64,000 nucleotides of DNA from Monocercomonoides exilis PA203. Lineage: Eukaryota > Protista > Preaxostyla. The stretch is from contig LSRY02000015.1 in NCBI GenBank assembly GCA_001643675.2, forward strand, positions 372,001 through 436,000, written 5' to 3'. Positions within the stretch are counted from its first letter, which is position 1; every line of letters begins with the position of its first letter. A program made the position numbers and the translations under genes. This document shows, piece by piece, positions 49,501 to 62,500 of the stretch. The notes below the pieces were generated by a model. That model did not search any database, was not told the DNA's origin, and saw only the letters and a list, made by a program, of their open reading frames with translations.

Positions 49501-52500
49501 GCCCATCTGCTTCACAACCATGAATGACAAGTTGCACGGGAGAAGCAGCTTCCCTTTGAACACAACCTTCATTTCTTCTCCTTTCTCCTTTGCTTCAACA
49601 CTCTCCAGCACTGGAAAGAAAAATGGAGACACCCTCTCAGAAACAATCCCTTCAAACAGACAACCCTCATTCAATATCCACATTGATGAGTCATCCTTCA
49701 CTCCATCTCCACCTTTCAGACTCATCATGTTCAGTGAAGCAGAATTGGAGCAGATGACGTTTCTTCTCATTGATGGATACCTTTCAATTGATGGATTGTT
49801 ATTCAAAAACTCTCCTTTCTCGATCATCGTGGATCCTCCACTCACTGTTATCCCTCCCTTTGAGGAGTTGCAGATTGTTGTATCTTTCATCATCACAGAA
49901 CTGCTTGAGAAATCAACAACCGAACTATTCCACTGGCATATTTCATCAGCAATATCATTTATTTCTTCGGTATTGTCAATCAGGTTTCCCTCAAATTTAC
50001 ACGAATCCATTAACACATTCTCAGTGAAAGCAATGGCCACTTGGCTCCCTTTCGATGAATCTGATATGCACTCATGAAAAGAGCAGTTGCGTGCCTCAAA
50101 GCCAGTTATTGGTTGAGTTATGCAAACAATGCAAGACCCAGAAGATGATCGGCTGATATTTGCAAACGATGATAACACCAATGAAATAAACAGAGAAGTA
50201 TAACCATTTTCAAATGAGATCAGACTTTCATTTTGCAAAGTTATGTTTGTTGCCTCAAACCTCAATAGACTTAATTTCTCGCTTTTTCCGCAACCAATCG
50301 CTGAGCTTGTGCATTGGACATTGCACACTGTCAGATCTTCAAATGTTGCTCTTTCAGAATTCAATATCTGGAAGAATGGCTTCGAGGATTCCAAAAGCCC
50401 AACACCACATCGATAAGCCTCAAATATTCCATCTTCAACAACCAGAAGAGAAAAGTCAAAAGGTGTTTGTGAATTCTCTGTTATTCTGCTCTCTGACAAG
50501 AATGAAGCAGATTCGAGAATGAGAGATCCATTCAATTGTTGTATTAAGCACGAGCAGACAACATTCTGCATTCCACCAAAAACAAATGAAATTTTCTCAA
50601 TTCGAACAGACTCTGATGTCGTCACAGCTCCTTCACCAGCTAAGTTCATCTCATTCACTTTTATTTCAGCACTCCTGCTTGCTTCCATCGACTTGATTGT
50701 CACTTTTTGAGCTGAGCACCAATCAGTCAGTGTTGTCTCATTCCAAATGAACAGCTGTGAATAATCTGAAGGAATGATGTGGCTCACCCCAACATTCAGC
50801 GACGAGCATGCACTCTTCATTTCCCCACAGTTCTTGCTGTTGCTGTTGTTCCCCACAATCGATGACACAAATATGAATTCGCTCCTGAACACATACACCC
50901 TCCCCAACAGATCCTCTTCATCCCCATAATCATCTGATGTGCACCCCCATATCGCCATCTCCCTCACAAACGGCTCCCCAAAGTTTATCAGGAACTGTGA
51001 TTCACTTATCTGCAAATCAAGGTCTGTGCACTTCACAAACACATCTCTCCCCTTCAGTGCAACATTCTCCTTGAATGTGATGTTCGACAGAACAAATTGC
51101 AATGCCTTCTGTGTGGCACTTCGTGATTTCAAAAATATCCCTCCGCCTCTCCCGTTGTTCGAACAGAAGCAGTCAGTCACATTTGTGTGATTCAATTCCA
51201 ATCTCCCTTTCTCGTTGAGAAGGAAAAGCATGCCTCCCCCTTCATGAGAGCTTGTCGATCCACATTTATCAATTGTTGAGTTATCCATTTTCAATCTCAT
51301 TTCATTCGGCACATCACAGAAAAGCAATGAAGGGTTGCTTGACGCACTATGCTTCATATTTAAGAATGAACATTGCTCAAACAGAATGTTCCACGCTTCT
51401 TCTGTATTATCATTCTCCCTTCCAGAAATCACACTTTCACTCATCGCAATTGCACTTTTCCCACTCAATGAAATATCTTCAAATGTCACATTGTTCATGG
51501 TTGTCACACAATCAGCTGATATGCTCATTATCTCATGCATCGTTGAGAATCCTGCTATGTTTGTCTTTTCGATCTCCACAATTCCTTTTGAGGCACTTAT
51601 CAATACAAATGCTAATTCACCTTCAGCATTGCCACTCATGTGAATTGAGCATCCAATAACACTTGTTTTGATTGCATCTGAGTCTGTCTGGATGAGGATA
51701 TTTGCCTCATTATCGAAGGCAGTTGGGGTCAGGATCCCCGCTTCTTTGAATTGAACAACCCCTTTGCATTCAACAACAGCATCTCCATCCCCTTCAATTG
51801 CTTTCACAAACACGATTTTGTCGGTTTCGACATTTGTTCCTTCCAGCCTCATCCCACTCACACTCATTTCACTCCTCACATCACAAGTCCCTTGAATGGC
51901 AATTGACTCAATCCCCAAACTCCTCCCTCTCCTCATCCCATAATCAACAGATCCACATGGATACTCGCTCAATCCACACACAACCACATTGTTTCCTTCT
52001 CGCGCCACATGAACACTTGATCCAACCTCTTTCCAGAAATAGATCAGTGGGATTGCGCACTCTCTGTTTCCTCCATCATACCCTCTCATCGAGTCTTCGG
52101 TCAGCATCTCCAGTCTATCTTTCACAAATGGCAGCGTTTCGTTCTTGATGCTGCTGATAAGCGATGGAGATGAAACAAACAAATCTTTTCCATATTTTGC
52201 ATTGTTTGGTTTGTCTACCGAAAAAGTTGGAGAAGATATCACAAATGTTGCCTCACCCATTTCACTCAACAAGTTCAACATTATTCCTCCTCCATATCCA
52301 ACTTCTTCCCCTTCATATGGAGCTGTGCAACAATAAAACTTGCACTTGCTCATCAGCAGGTTCGTATTTGTGGATGCCTCATAACAGAATGCACCTCCTC
52401 CGATCTCATTTCCTTCTCCTTCAACAGCACACCCTTCAAATGTGCAGTCATTTATTTCTGCTTTGTAATCTCCATTGTTATCCCTGTAAGATACGCTTAT

Positions 52501-55500
52501 GCATCCTCCACTTCCCTTCGAACGAGTAATTGATGAAAATGTGCATCCAGTCATTTCTTCAATATTTCCGTTGTGGCACTCAACAACACATCCATCATCA
52601 AATGTGATTTCTCTGAAACCGCTTTTCGTCATATTCATCGAAGGAATGCTTCCAGAATTACCTTCAACAATGAAAAACGATGAATCTCCTTTTTTCATAT
52701 TTTTTGTTGAAAACTCAATCACTTCCACAGCTCCTCCAATAGCCTTCACAAACACTGTCGAAATAGAATCAGTGCCTCCTTCCATCCCACATTTGTTCAG
52801 TGTGAGTTTCCCTGAATGACACTCAAATACACTTCCATGAAATGAAAGCGAATGAATCAAAGAAAATACAATCCCAGTCATTGAAACAGAAACAGAGTTC
52901 TCAATTAATCCACTTTGTGTTCCTTCTTTCTGATCAGCAACACCACATTTCATCTCATTTTGTTTCCCCTTAAAGCTCCATTCATCTGTATTCAGGCTCA
53001 ATTCATCCTCAAAGGCAAATGATTCAAGAATGGTTATGTCTTTTTTCTTCCCTTCAAAGTGGACTGATGCTGCCTTGGCGATTGTGGAGCACGGAAATGA
53101 CTCATGTCCACACATCGAAAAATCATGACTCAATGATCCTCCTCCAACAAAGGCAGATCCTGAAAAGTTATCCCACAGATACACCACCAGCGGAATGAAA
53201 AATGTTTCATTCAATGTTGATCTCTCAAATCCATTCATCCCTTTCATATCATTCAAATCAACGTCAAATCCAATTGATGTTCTGTCAATCACACTTGATA
53301 GATCATAAGAGTTAATGAAGATTTCTTTCCCTTCTCTTGCATCACACCCAGCAAATGACACTTTCTTTAAAATGAATGAACTTGCATCATCATCCAAATG
53401 AAGATAAATCCCTCCTCCATATCCGTTCTCTCCATCAACTGTTTGCATTGCCTTGCAACTTGCAAGTTTGAATAAACCACTTTCATCATTTGAAAATATT
53501 GTCCTTTCTGAGTCAGTGTCTGTCATATTACCCACAGTGAATGATGATCCTTCTTTCATCTCAACCCACAGCCCTCCTCCATTTCCTCCATTGCTCTCAC
53601 ACCCAGACATCGTTCCTCCAACAATTTCAAGAGAGCAACCTCTCCCGAGTGTGCATTCAATTGCCCCTCCGTTTCCTCCATCTCCTTTGAATCCACTCAT
53701 CGTGTTGTTTGTGAGCTTCAGCAACTTAGCTGAATTTGTGGAAATTACTCTTATTAATCCTGATGGCAAATCTGTTTGCGAAGATGCTTTCGCTGAAAGT
53801 GTTGAATCTTTAATCGAAAAAGATGCTCCATTCTCCACTCCAAACAAAACACCATTAACTGTCGAGCTCATATCCTCAACACTCATTGAAGTGAATGTGC
53901 CAGCAGCATTGCTTCCATCAAGAGAAATCAATGGACGATTCCCAATCACCAAGGATGATACAACAAAAGATGAAACAGAAACCTTCCCTGCTGATGTTGA
54001 CAAAAACACATAAGACAACGCTGATTTGGAGTCTTGAAAAGTCAGCGAGCAATCTTCAAGCGAAAATGATTGTGAGGCGGAACTGAAGAACGATTCGTGA
54101 TTTGGAAGAGCAGATGGAACAGAGAAAACAAGTGATTTCAAAACAGTATTTGCACCGGCAATTATCATGCTTCCTTCACTTCCATTCGGATCATTGCTCA
54201 CCTCCCATCCACTGTTTTCATCTTTCCCCCCTGATTACGTGTTTGAAGGAGTCGAATATCAGCTCATTTTTCATTTCAATCATCCCATCGACAACAATCC
54301 TCTTTTCCTCTTCTTGCCTTGTCAATGAATGACTCAGTGAAAGACAGGGAAACTCAGCATGCCCACAATGTGAATGATCATATGCATCAACATTGCTCAC
54401 AAAGATCTCATCTGGCATAGGAATCAGATAAACGCACATCGGAATTGGGAACGACTCATCCCCATTTTCATATCCTTGTATCTTGCTCTTCGTATCAAAT
54501 GAAGCTGTCAGGCATTTTATCCTTTCACTTTTTGCTGTTGACTCCAAGTTGATCGAGTCAACAAAAATGTCACTTCCCCATTTGGCTCTGTTCCCTTCAA
54601 ATCCTGATGAAATAAGAAACTCTGCGCATGTGTCTTTCACTTTCAGCCCAATCCCTCCTCCTCTCCCTTGTGTGGTTGAGGCATAACAGTTTCTCACAAC
54701 ACCTCCATTCACGTTCAATGAACCAACATTCCCCATTTCAACCATCACACCCCCTCCAAACTCAGAGGCTTCACTCCCACAGTCATCAAGTGTGCATCCC
54801 TCAAGAGTTATTGAATGTGACCCTTCACCCACACTCATCAGCGATGATCCTGCTGCTGTCCTCACAATGTTGCTGAATGTGCAGTTATCCAGAGTCAACG
54901 AAACCGTTGCCTCCTGAGGCAGAGACATCGCACTTGTGGTGCTGAATGTTTGTGACCATCTCACATCTTTCATCTTCAAACTTCCCCCTTCCATCACCAC
55001 AAGTGAGTTCTGAATGCTCCTCTCTTCTGAATGATCTGCATCCATCGATATGTTCATTCTCTCCAAATTGATCCCTCCAGACCCTTTAACCTCAAACAAT
55101 CTGCTTCTTCGATTATTTTCAATTGACGAATTGTGAACCACTGACAGATCATTCACATTCAACTCCCCTGTTCCAACACAAAACAGACTCAGTCCATTTC
55201 CCTCAAATTGTGTTTCAATGGCTGAGCCAGCTGGAGAAACTCCATTCACAGAGATTGTTTTCTCTCCAACATCAACTCCTTTTCCTTCCACAACTGTTCC
55301 ACTCAACACCTTCATTTCCTCCACAAACCCCACAATCATTTGGGAAAGGCAATGGCTGATTGTGAGACATGCACAACTTTCATTCAATCCACAGCTGAAT
55401 GTGTCTTTCGCATTTGTCTGATTTTGAGTTGAAGCAACAAATCTGCATTTCCCACCAGTATTTGGAAGCCAATCGCTTTTATCTCCCCCTGCAAAACATT

Positions 55501-56985
55501 TTTCACCAACTGTTCTGGTTGAGTAACTCCATTCAATGTTGAAATTTGATGAGAAGTCATCAATGTAAACATCATTTGTGCGAGGTGAACTATTACAATG
55601 AAAAAAACAAAATTTCAGAAGATTTCCAGAAAAACCATTCGTTCTTATGCTTATTCCTCCTCCTCGCATATCTGAATGACAACCCTGAAACATACAGTTT
55701 TTGAATCCAATTCCACATATTGCATTCCAATGAATAACTCCACCTCCATCAGAACCTGATGCTTGATGACTACTGCAATTCAAAAAAATGCAGTGTAAAA
55801 CACAATCTTTCGTTTCTATTGCTTTTGAACTCCATATACCAAGCCCACCTGCATCATTTCCAGACCATCCATCTTTGAAAAGACAGTTTTCAACAAGAAT
55901 CTGAATTGTTATTCCGGAAACTTCTGCTCCAGCGCCTCCAAAATCATTCAATGACAAACAATAACACTCAATAAATGTGGAGTGTTTTACAGTGCATTCA
56001 GCAATATTCAATGCAAAAATACCTCCGCCTCTTGTTGATGTCGCATTGCATTTCGCAAATGAGGAATTTTCAACAGTTAATGTGGCATTTGGATTGTCAT
56101 GCACATACAACCCTCCGCCACATGGAGCAGAGCATTCATTCCATTCAGCATTCGTGAAATGCTGAGATTGGGTTGTGTCCAAATGCTCATTATTTCTTTT
56201 TTTCCAATCCACTCTTTTGCTGTGGAGGAATGTGCAATTGTTGCAGGAAAATGCAATGGATCCTTCTGTTCCACTCACAATCCCTCCCTCCAGCACATTC
56301 ATCGATCTTTCAACTCGGCAATCTTCCATCATGCTCATCTTCATCATTGGGACTTTCTCATTTGGCATTTCATCTGTTTCCATGAATTTCATTGAGATGT
56401 TTGAAAAAGCACAGTTTTTGATTCCTTCAAATGACCCTTCTCCATTTCTCAAAATGCTTCCACTCCCACAAAACACAATGTTCCTCCACTCACTGTTTCT
56501 CACAAGCAGCGATGAATCTTCTCCTTCCATCTTCACAAGACTTGTCATAACCCCACAATTATTATCATTTTTGTTATTCATTGATGTATTTGTCATTTCG
56601 CATGTTCCCTCGTTGAAGACAAATTGCCCATTCAAACCTCTTTTTCTCATCAACAAGCAGTCATCAAGGCCCAGGAATGATTTTGCTCCAATATCAAATG
56701 CCATTCCATCATCGGACTTTTCCAACATTATTTCCTTCAATTCGACTGAAGAATTGTGTATTTCGCAGAACAGTCGAACAACACTTCCACTTGCCAAAAT
56801 ATGACTTTCTGACTGTGCAGGAATTTGAAAAATGAGATGTCCATTCTGTTGTGCATCATTTCTATCTGTGCCACAAAATGTGAAACACAAACACTCAGCC
56901 AAAATTAAAAGAATCATTATCATGAGGATAATTATGGTTCATTATTTACCATTATTAATTAAATTCAAAGATTATTTTGAACTTT
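46561..56985 (-). repeat. Right arm of ~10.4-kb inverted duplication
   Basis: Reverse complement of 32950-43366. Confidence 0.97.
47941..56923 (-). CDS. Giant receptor-like/pseudokinase protein, copy B
   Basis: ORFs 54218-56923 and 47941-54201 join across a C6 run at 54226-54231 (G5 in copy A). The kinase-like tail is in frame in this copy. Confidence 0.88.
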
Positions 56986-57145
56986 CATAAATATTGATTA
57001 TTCCTACCATCCTTCCATCTTTTAAATTGATGATAATATTTATTATTTTGCCTTTTTGCAATACCACTTGGGAAGCTGGAAAAAAATCTTTTTTCTTTTT
57101 AAGTTTTATTTTGTTTTGTTTTTCTTCAACATATTTATTTGATTC

Positions 57146-57424
57146 AATATGGTGGATAATATAGACTTTCAAGCATTATATGCATAAAGCATAATAAAAT
57201 TGTTTCACTCACATCTTTATCAATCATTCTCAGATTTCGAAATATATTGGTTTATCTTATCTGCAAATAGCTATCACAGATGTTATTTGAAAAAGTTTTG
57301 TGACATTCCATGAATGTTAAAAAATGAACCTATTTTTGTTGAATTTTTTTGAATACAAAAAGCTTATCAAAAGTGCATAATTCTTCAATGAAAATGCCTG
57401 AAGTCAAATATTTTGTCCAATATG
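57146..57424 (-). mobile_element. ~280-bp dispersed repeat / MITE-like element, copy 3
   Basis: GACTTTCAAGC ... AATGAAAATGCCTGAAGTCAAATATTTTGTCCAATATG; homologous to copies 1 and 2. Confidence 0.7.
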
Positions 57425-58733
57425 TATTATTCTTTTTGAAAAGATGTAAATGTTTAATAGTTCGGTTAAAAAAACAGTGTCTTATTTTCTCATTTTTTCA
57501 CCAAAATCCAACGAGCTTCATTTTTCAGTAAATTGGAATTATTTTACATATTTATGTGAGAATATATGCATTGTGGAGTTGTTTAATAAATTCATTGTTA
57601 AAATGCATAAAATATTTTCTGTTAATGTGACAACTGTTAAACATTTGTGACTTTTCAAAAAAGTTAACCAATATGTATTAATTTTTTCATTGCATCTGTA
57701 AAATTTTATTTCGCTTCATTTTTTTTCCACAAACGTTCAAATCTTACATCAAAATTTTTTATTTTCCTGTTGTGAAATGATAGACGAATGTAATACTTCC
57801 AAAACCCTTCAAAAGTGTTTGTGCATGTATTTTTTCAATGTTTAAGAACTCACATTTGAATAGAATTGGAAAGAGAAAATAGACAAACATCCTCAAACAT
57901 TGGTTAACTTTCTTTCTGTCTGAATAAATCTTTGTGACAATCTTGAAGTAATCCAGAATTTTTGGAATTAGTGAATCTTTGGTTCAGTGCGGTGCTGTCA
58001 TAAGACATCGTTCACATGCTCATCAACCTTCAGATTTTTAAATATTTTTAAAAAAACCTATTTTTTTGTCATTTTTTTCTTCGATCTTTTATTTTTCAAT
58101 CTCTTCTCTGTTTTATCTATCTCTTCAATTCTCCATTCTCCTTTTATATTTTTTGTGTTTCTTTTTTTTAATGCACAATCTTCTTCATCTCTGAAATCTT
58201 TCAAAGAATGAAATTGTTTTTCTTTTCAGTTGTAATTTCATTGTGACAAAATTAGTTGGAATTCTGTCCCCTTGCTGTTGTATTTAATTACAAGCAACAA
58301 CTTAAGGCTTCTTCAAAATTTCAAATGCTGCTTCTTCAAGAACTGAACAGTTGCATTTCTTGTTCCTTGACAAAAACAAAATCTGTTTTCTTTCTTGATT
58401 CTGGTCGATTTCACAATTTTGAGAATTCATTGCACACGTGAATTACCATTTCCCAGCACTACAAAATCCAGACAACTGAATTTGACTTATTCAGAAAATG
58501 CACTTTTCAAAACATAGATCAATTAATCTTTTTGTATCAAATTTTGTTCAATGATCAAAACAAGATGATCTCACACAATAAATGAGAATTGCAATAACAT
58601 TGTGTTTTTTTAAGCCAGAATTTATTATCTTTCTTTGTCAAATGGTAGAAAATACTTTCAGTCAAGTTTTATTTTGCATGAAGCATTTAAATTTTGTTTC
58701 ACTCAAAACTTTTTAAATTTTTTTCCGATATAA

Positions 58734-59010
58734 AAATGGGACAAAATATTCGACTTCAAGCATTTTCATTGAAATATTAAGCATTTTCGAAGATCTTTTT
58801 GTGAACAAAAAATTTCAACAAAACTGGTTCATTTTTCGATAAATGTTTGAAGTCATAAAACATAATGTTTTTATTTCTTCGATGCCTGTTTGCGGATATG
58901 AAAATCAAAATTATTTTGAAATCTGAAAAAGCGAAATAAAGTTATGAGAGAAGCAATTTTTCAATGCATTGTGCATAAAAAGCTTGAAAGTCCATATTTA
59001 CCGCTAAATA
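58734..59010 (+). mobile_element. ~280-bp dispersed repeat / MITE-like element, copy 4
   Basis: ATGGGACAAAATATTCGACTTCAAGCATTTTC ... GTGCATAAAAAGCTTGAAAGTCC; homologous to copy 2. Confidence 0.7.
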
Positions 59011-59547
59011 AATTGGATTTTCATATCCATCAACAAACATCGGTTATAAAATAACATTATCTTTTTGTATGTGTGAGAGGTTGCAAAACATTAACACATT
59101 TTATTTACATTTTTATTAGTACAAAAAAAGTTCGTTCTCTTCATAATTTTTCAATGAAAATGTGTAATGTGAAATATTTTACCCCAAGTCAAAAATTATA
59201 ATTATCTTGATATAGCATCAATAAAAACTTATAAATTGAATTTTGAGAAACTTTGATGTTTAAGAAAATTTAATTTCTAAACAAATGTGAAAGATTCCAT
59301 AAATTTATTTATTGTGGAAAATGAAAAACAACGAAAAGAGACTTCTCAGCACACTTCTACTTCACAAAAGTATTTTTTCCAGACATTTTGAAACAAGAAA
59401 TTAGAAAATAACCAAAAATATTTTCAGGATAAATTTAGAAACTATTATAACATCGTGGCATTAAGTGAAGTGAAGATGAAATGTTTATTTGCAACAAAAA
59501 TAAAAAAGTTACATGAAAAATGAAATATATTTAAGGAAGCATAGTTT

Positions 59548-62500
59548 TCAGTTGTCAATGGACAAAGCTTTGATTGTGCGTTCGCTTTCCTTCCTTCCCC
59601 TTCTGACACACAGCTCACTTTCTCTCTTTGCAATGAGCATTTTCATAAGATAATGATTTTCATCGCAAAGCTGGAGCACTTTTTCTTCTTCAGTCAGCGA
59701 AGTGTCATCAACACAGCAAATAAATGCCCTGTCAAGAGCAAACAAAGAAAGTGGAAGGCTGTGCTCCACAGCATTATCTATGAGTTTCCTTTCATCAACA
59801 TTCGCTAAGGTCAACGTAGGAGATGATGGCGAAGATGATGGCGAAGATGATAAAGTTGACAACAAAGTTGAATCTTCATCCCTTTTTAAATTTTCATTTC
59901 TTTCGAGATGATTCAAATTCTGACTTTCTTCTGATGATTTTTGCATCTGCTTGGCATTAAGAAAGCCAACGGAATTTTGCTCGTCTTTGTTCTGTTCTTT
60001 CATCAAAGTTATTTCGTTTCCCAATACTTTTGAATCATCTTTGCTTAATTCAAATACTTCCGTCAACTTATCTTCATCTTTCGCTTCTTCTCCATCCTTC
60101 CTCCTTGTCCGATTCTTTTTATCCATAATTCTTTCTTCCTTAAACAACTTTGTATCTTTCAGCTTCTCAATCGAAACTAAACTGTGTCGATATATTTCCT
60201 CATTACGAGAGAACAGAACGCTCAAATTTTCTCTTTTAATCTTTAACTGTTGCGATAAAAAGAAACACAATTCAGCAAACGTGGTGTTGCGAGGCACAAG
60301 CATAAGCTGTGGATTTGTGTGAGCAAGCGAATCTTTCCGTTTGAAATGAGTTTCCCAGGCAAGTGCTCTCACAACTGAAAGCGGGTAAAACACATTCGAA
60401 ATGTGAAGAGGAGAAGAGAACGGGAAAAGCAAAGGAAATGGTTCAAATATCGTTTCTCCCTCATTTTCACTTGCATCTTTTTCTCCACTTGATTTTTGCC
60501 TCTTCACAGAAGTCAAAGAAGAAGAAAAAGGAAGTGTTGTCGAAGTATTTGCAAAAAGTGTTTCTTTTTCATTCAAACTTTCAAACGATGAAACAGAGCC
60601 AGACAGCAGAAGCTGAGCCGCCTCCTTTGCAGCAGGCGTAGCAGAAGGATGAGTTGCTATGATTGCGAGAGCAGTGTCATTTAACTGCGGCATCTTCGAT
60701 TCTTCCGCTGTCCGATTAACGATGCACGCACAAAGGGGATAGTTGCGCTGCAGATGAAGACGAAACATTTTTTTGGATTCGTCATACGGAATCGGCTCAA
60801 ACACAGAACCATTCCAAGAGCCAAGTATGATCGATGGAGGCGACGAAAAGAATTTTGCAAGGTCTTCTTGTTCAGAAGCAGGCAGCACATCTGTTGAAAA
60901 AGGAATGCTGCTGGTAAAAGAGCTTTTTGGAGATTGATCCATAATTATGCCTGCCTCCCACTCTTTCTTCTTTTCTTTCCACCATTCGCGTATTTTCTTC
61001 TCAACTAGCTCAATAGCGTCTGCAAAGGACATCTTCTTTGAAAATATTACATCAATAATGCCGCGAAGACGCCCCGGAAGTTTTGATTTTTTATTGTCTT
61101 TTTCGGATTTTGGTGCCGACGATGGAGAAATATCAGCTTTGGCATCGTTCTTAGATGATGCTTCTGAAGTAATTTCTGTTGAATTTAATTGCTCCTTTGT
61201 TTTCTGTTCTTGTTCATTTGGATTTGTTTGGATAATTTCACCCTTACTTTGAATATCTTGTTGCTTTTCTGAAGATGTTGATATTGTTTCAGTGTTAGTT
61301 GAATTTGCTTCATTTGGTATCTTCTGTTCAGAATCGTTATCAAAATGAATAAACCTATCAACGCTGAGCTCCAACGGATTCTCTGTTTTGTTTGCATCTC
61401 GCAGCTGCAAGTTCTCGTCGCCCATAATCTTCACTCCATCACAAATCCAGCACTTCATCACTTTGTCTCCCTTTGCAATCGGCTGTGCTCGAGGCAGAAT
61501 TTGGAGAGTAACCACATTGAAAACGGAGTCGTTCTTGATGATTGCTTTTTCAATGCGCATCTTGTCATCCTTCAAAATGCGAGCTGGACACCAAAGTGGA
61601 AGAAACGGCGGATGAAGATCAAGCGGCAGTGGAATGGCCTCGTCTTCAGTCTTATTATTTGCAGGAATAATTAAAGAAGAAGATGAGGAAGCTTCTTCTG
61701 GCTTCGTTTGATTGATTGATTGTTCCTGCACAATATCCATATGCGAGGCGCTTGAAGCGCACGCTTCTTCATCTTTTGGAGCAGTTGCAACTTCTTCTGG
61801 CTGTGCTGAGCGAGTTTCATCTGAAGCATTTTGCAAGTTCGGCTGTTTGTTCTCTTGAGCAATGCTATTTGTGATTGCATTTATCTCCTTTGCTTGCTGC
61901 TCCTCAAAATCCATCAGGCTCATCTTCATCGCCTGCTGCAGCTCGCTTTCAGATGCATCGATGTTTCCTCCAAAGGCACAAGAGCTTGTCTCAACAATGT
62001 CTCCGCCAAAGTCTTCCCATTCGTTTGTGGTCATTCCAAGGCGCAAGAATCGAGGTGGAATGTTAAGCCGCTTTGCAATTTCTGAGCGGAGCTGGCTGAC
62101 TGTCGATGCTGATGTGAGTGTCAATGTGAAATGCTGTTTTTCGGTTGGGAGAACATTTTGAAATGGATATTTTATGTTTTTTAAAGAAAGAGAAGAGGGT
62201 TTGATAGACGATGATGAGGAAGAAGAAGAAGAAGAAGATGATGATGATGAAATGTCTTTGGCTGATTCGTATCCTTCGACTGGAAGATCTTTTTCCATCT
62301 TATTTTTAAGTTCTTTTTCTTCCATCTCAGTTATTTTTATCAGTTCACTTGTGCGATTATCATAAGACTCGTCAGTTTCTTCAACAACAAGCAAAATTTG
62401 CGAATTTGACTGTTTTATGTATCTTTCTCTTTGCGAAGGCGTCAAATAGTCCACATACACCTTCAGCAACGCTGGATCAATCACTTTTTCCTCTTTCCCT

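Noticed and set aside
39851-50077. 431-aa and other antisense ORFs over the receptor genes
   Set aside because: They are shadows of codon bias on the opposite strand, S/F/L-rich with no domain signal.
32950-56985. Palindrome as a simple foldback read artefact
   Set aside because: The arms differ by coherent in-frame coding patches, there is a 3.2-kb unique spacer, and the outer flanks are distinct. A haplotype misjoin still needs read-level exclusion.
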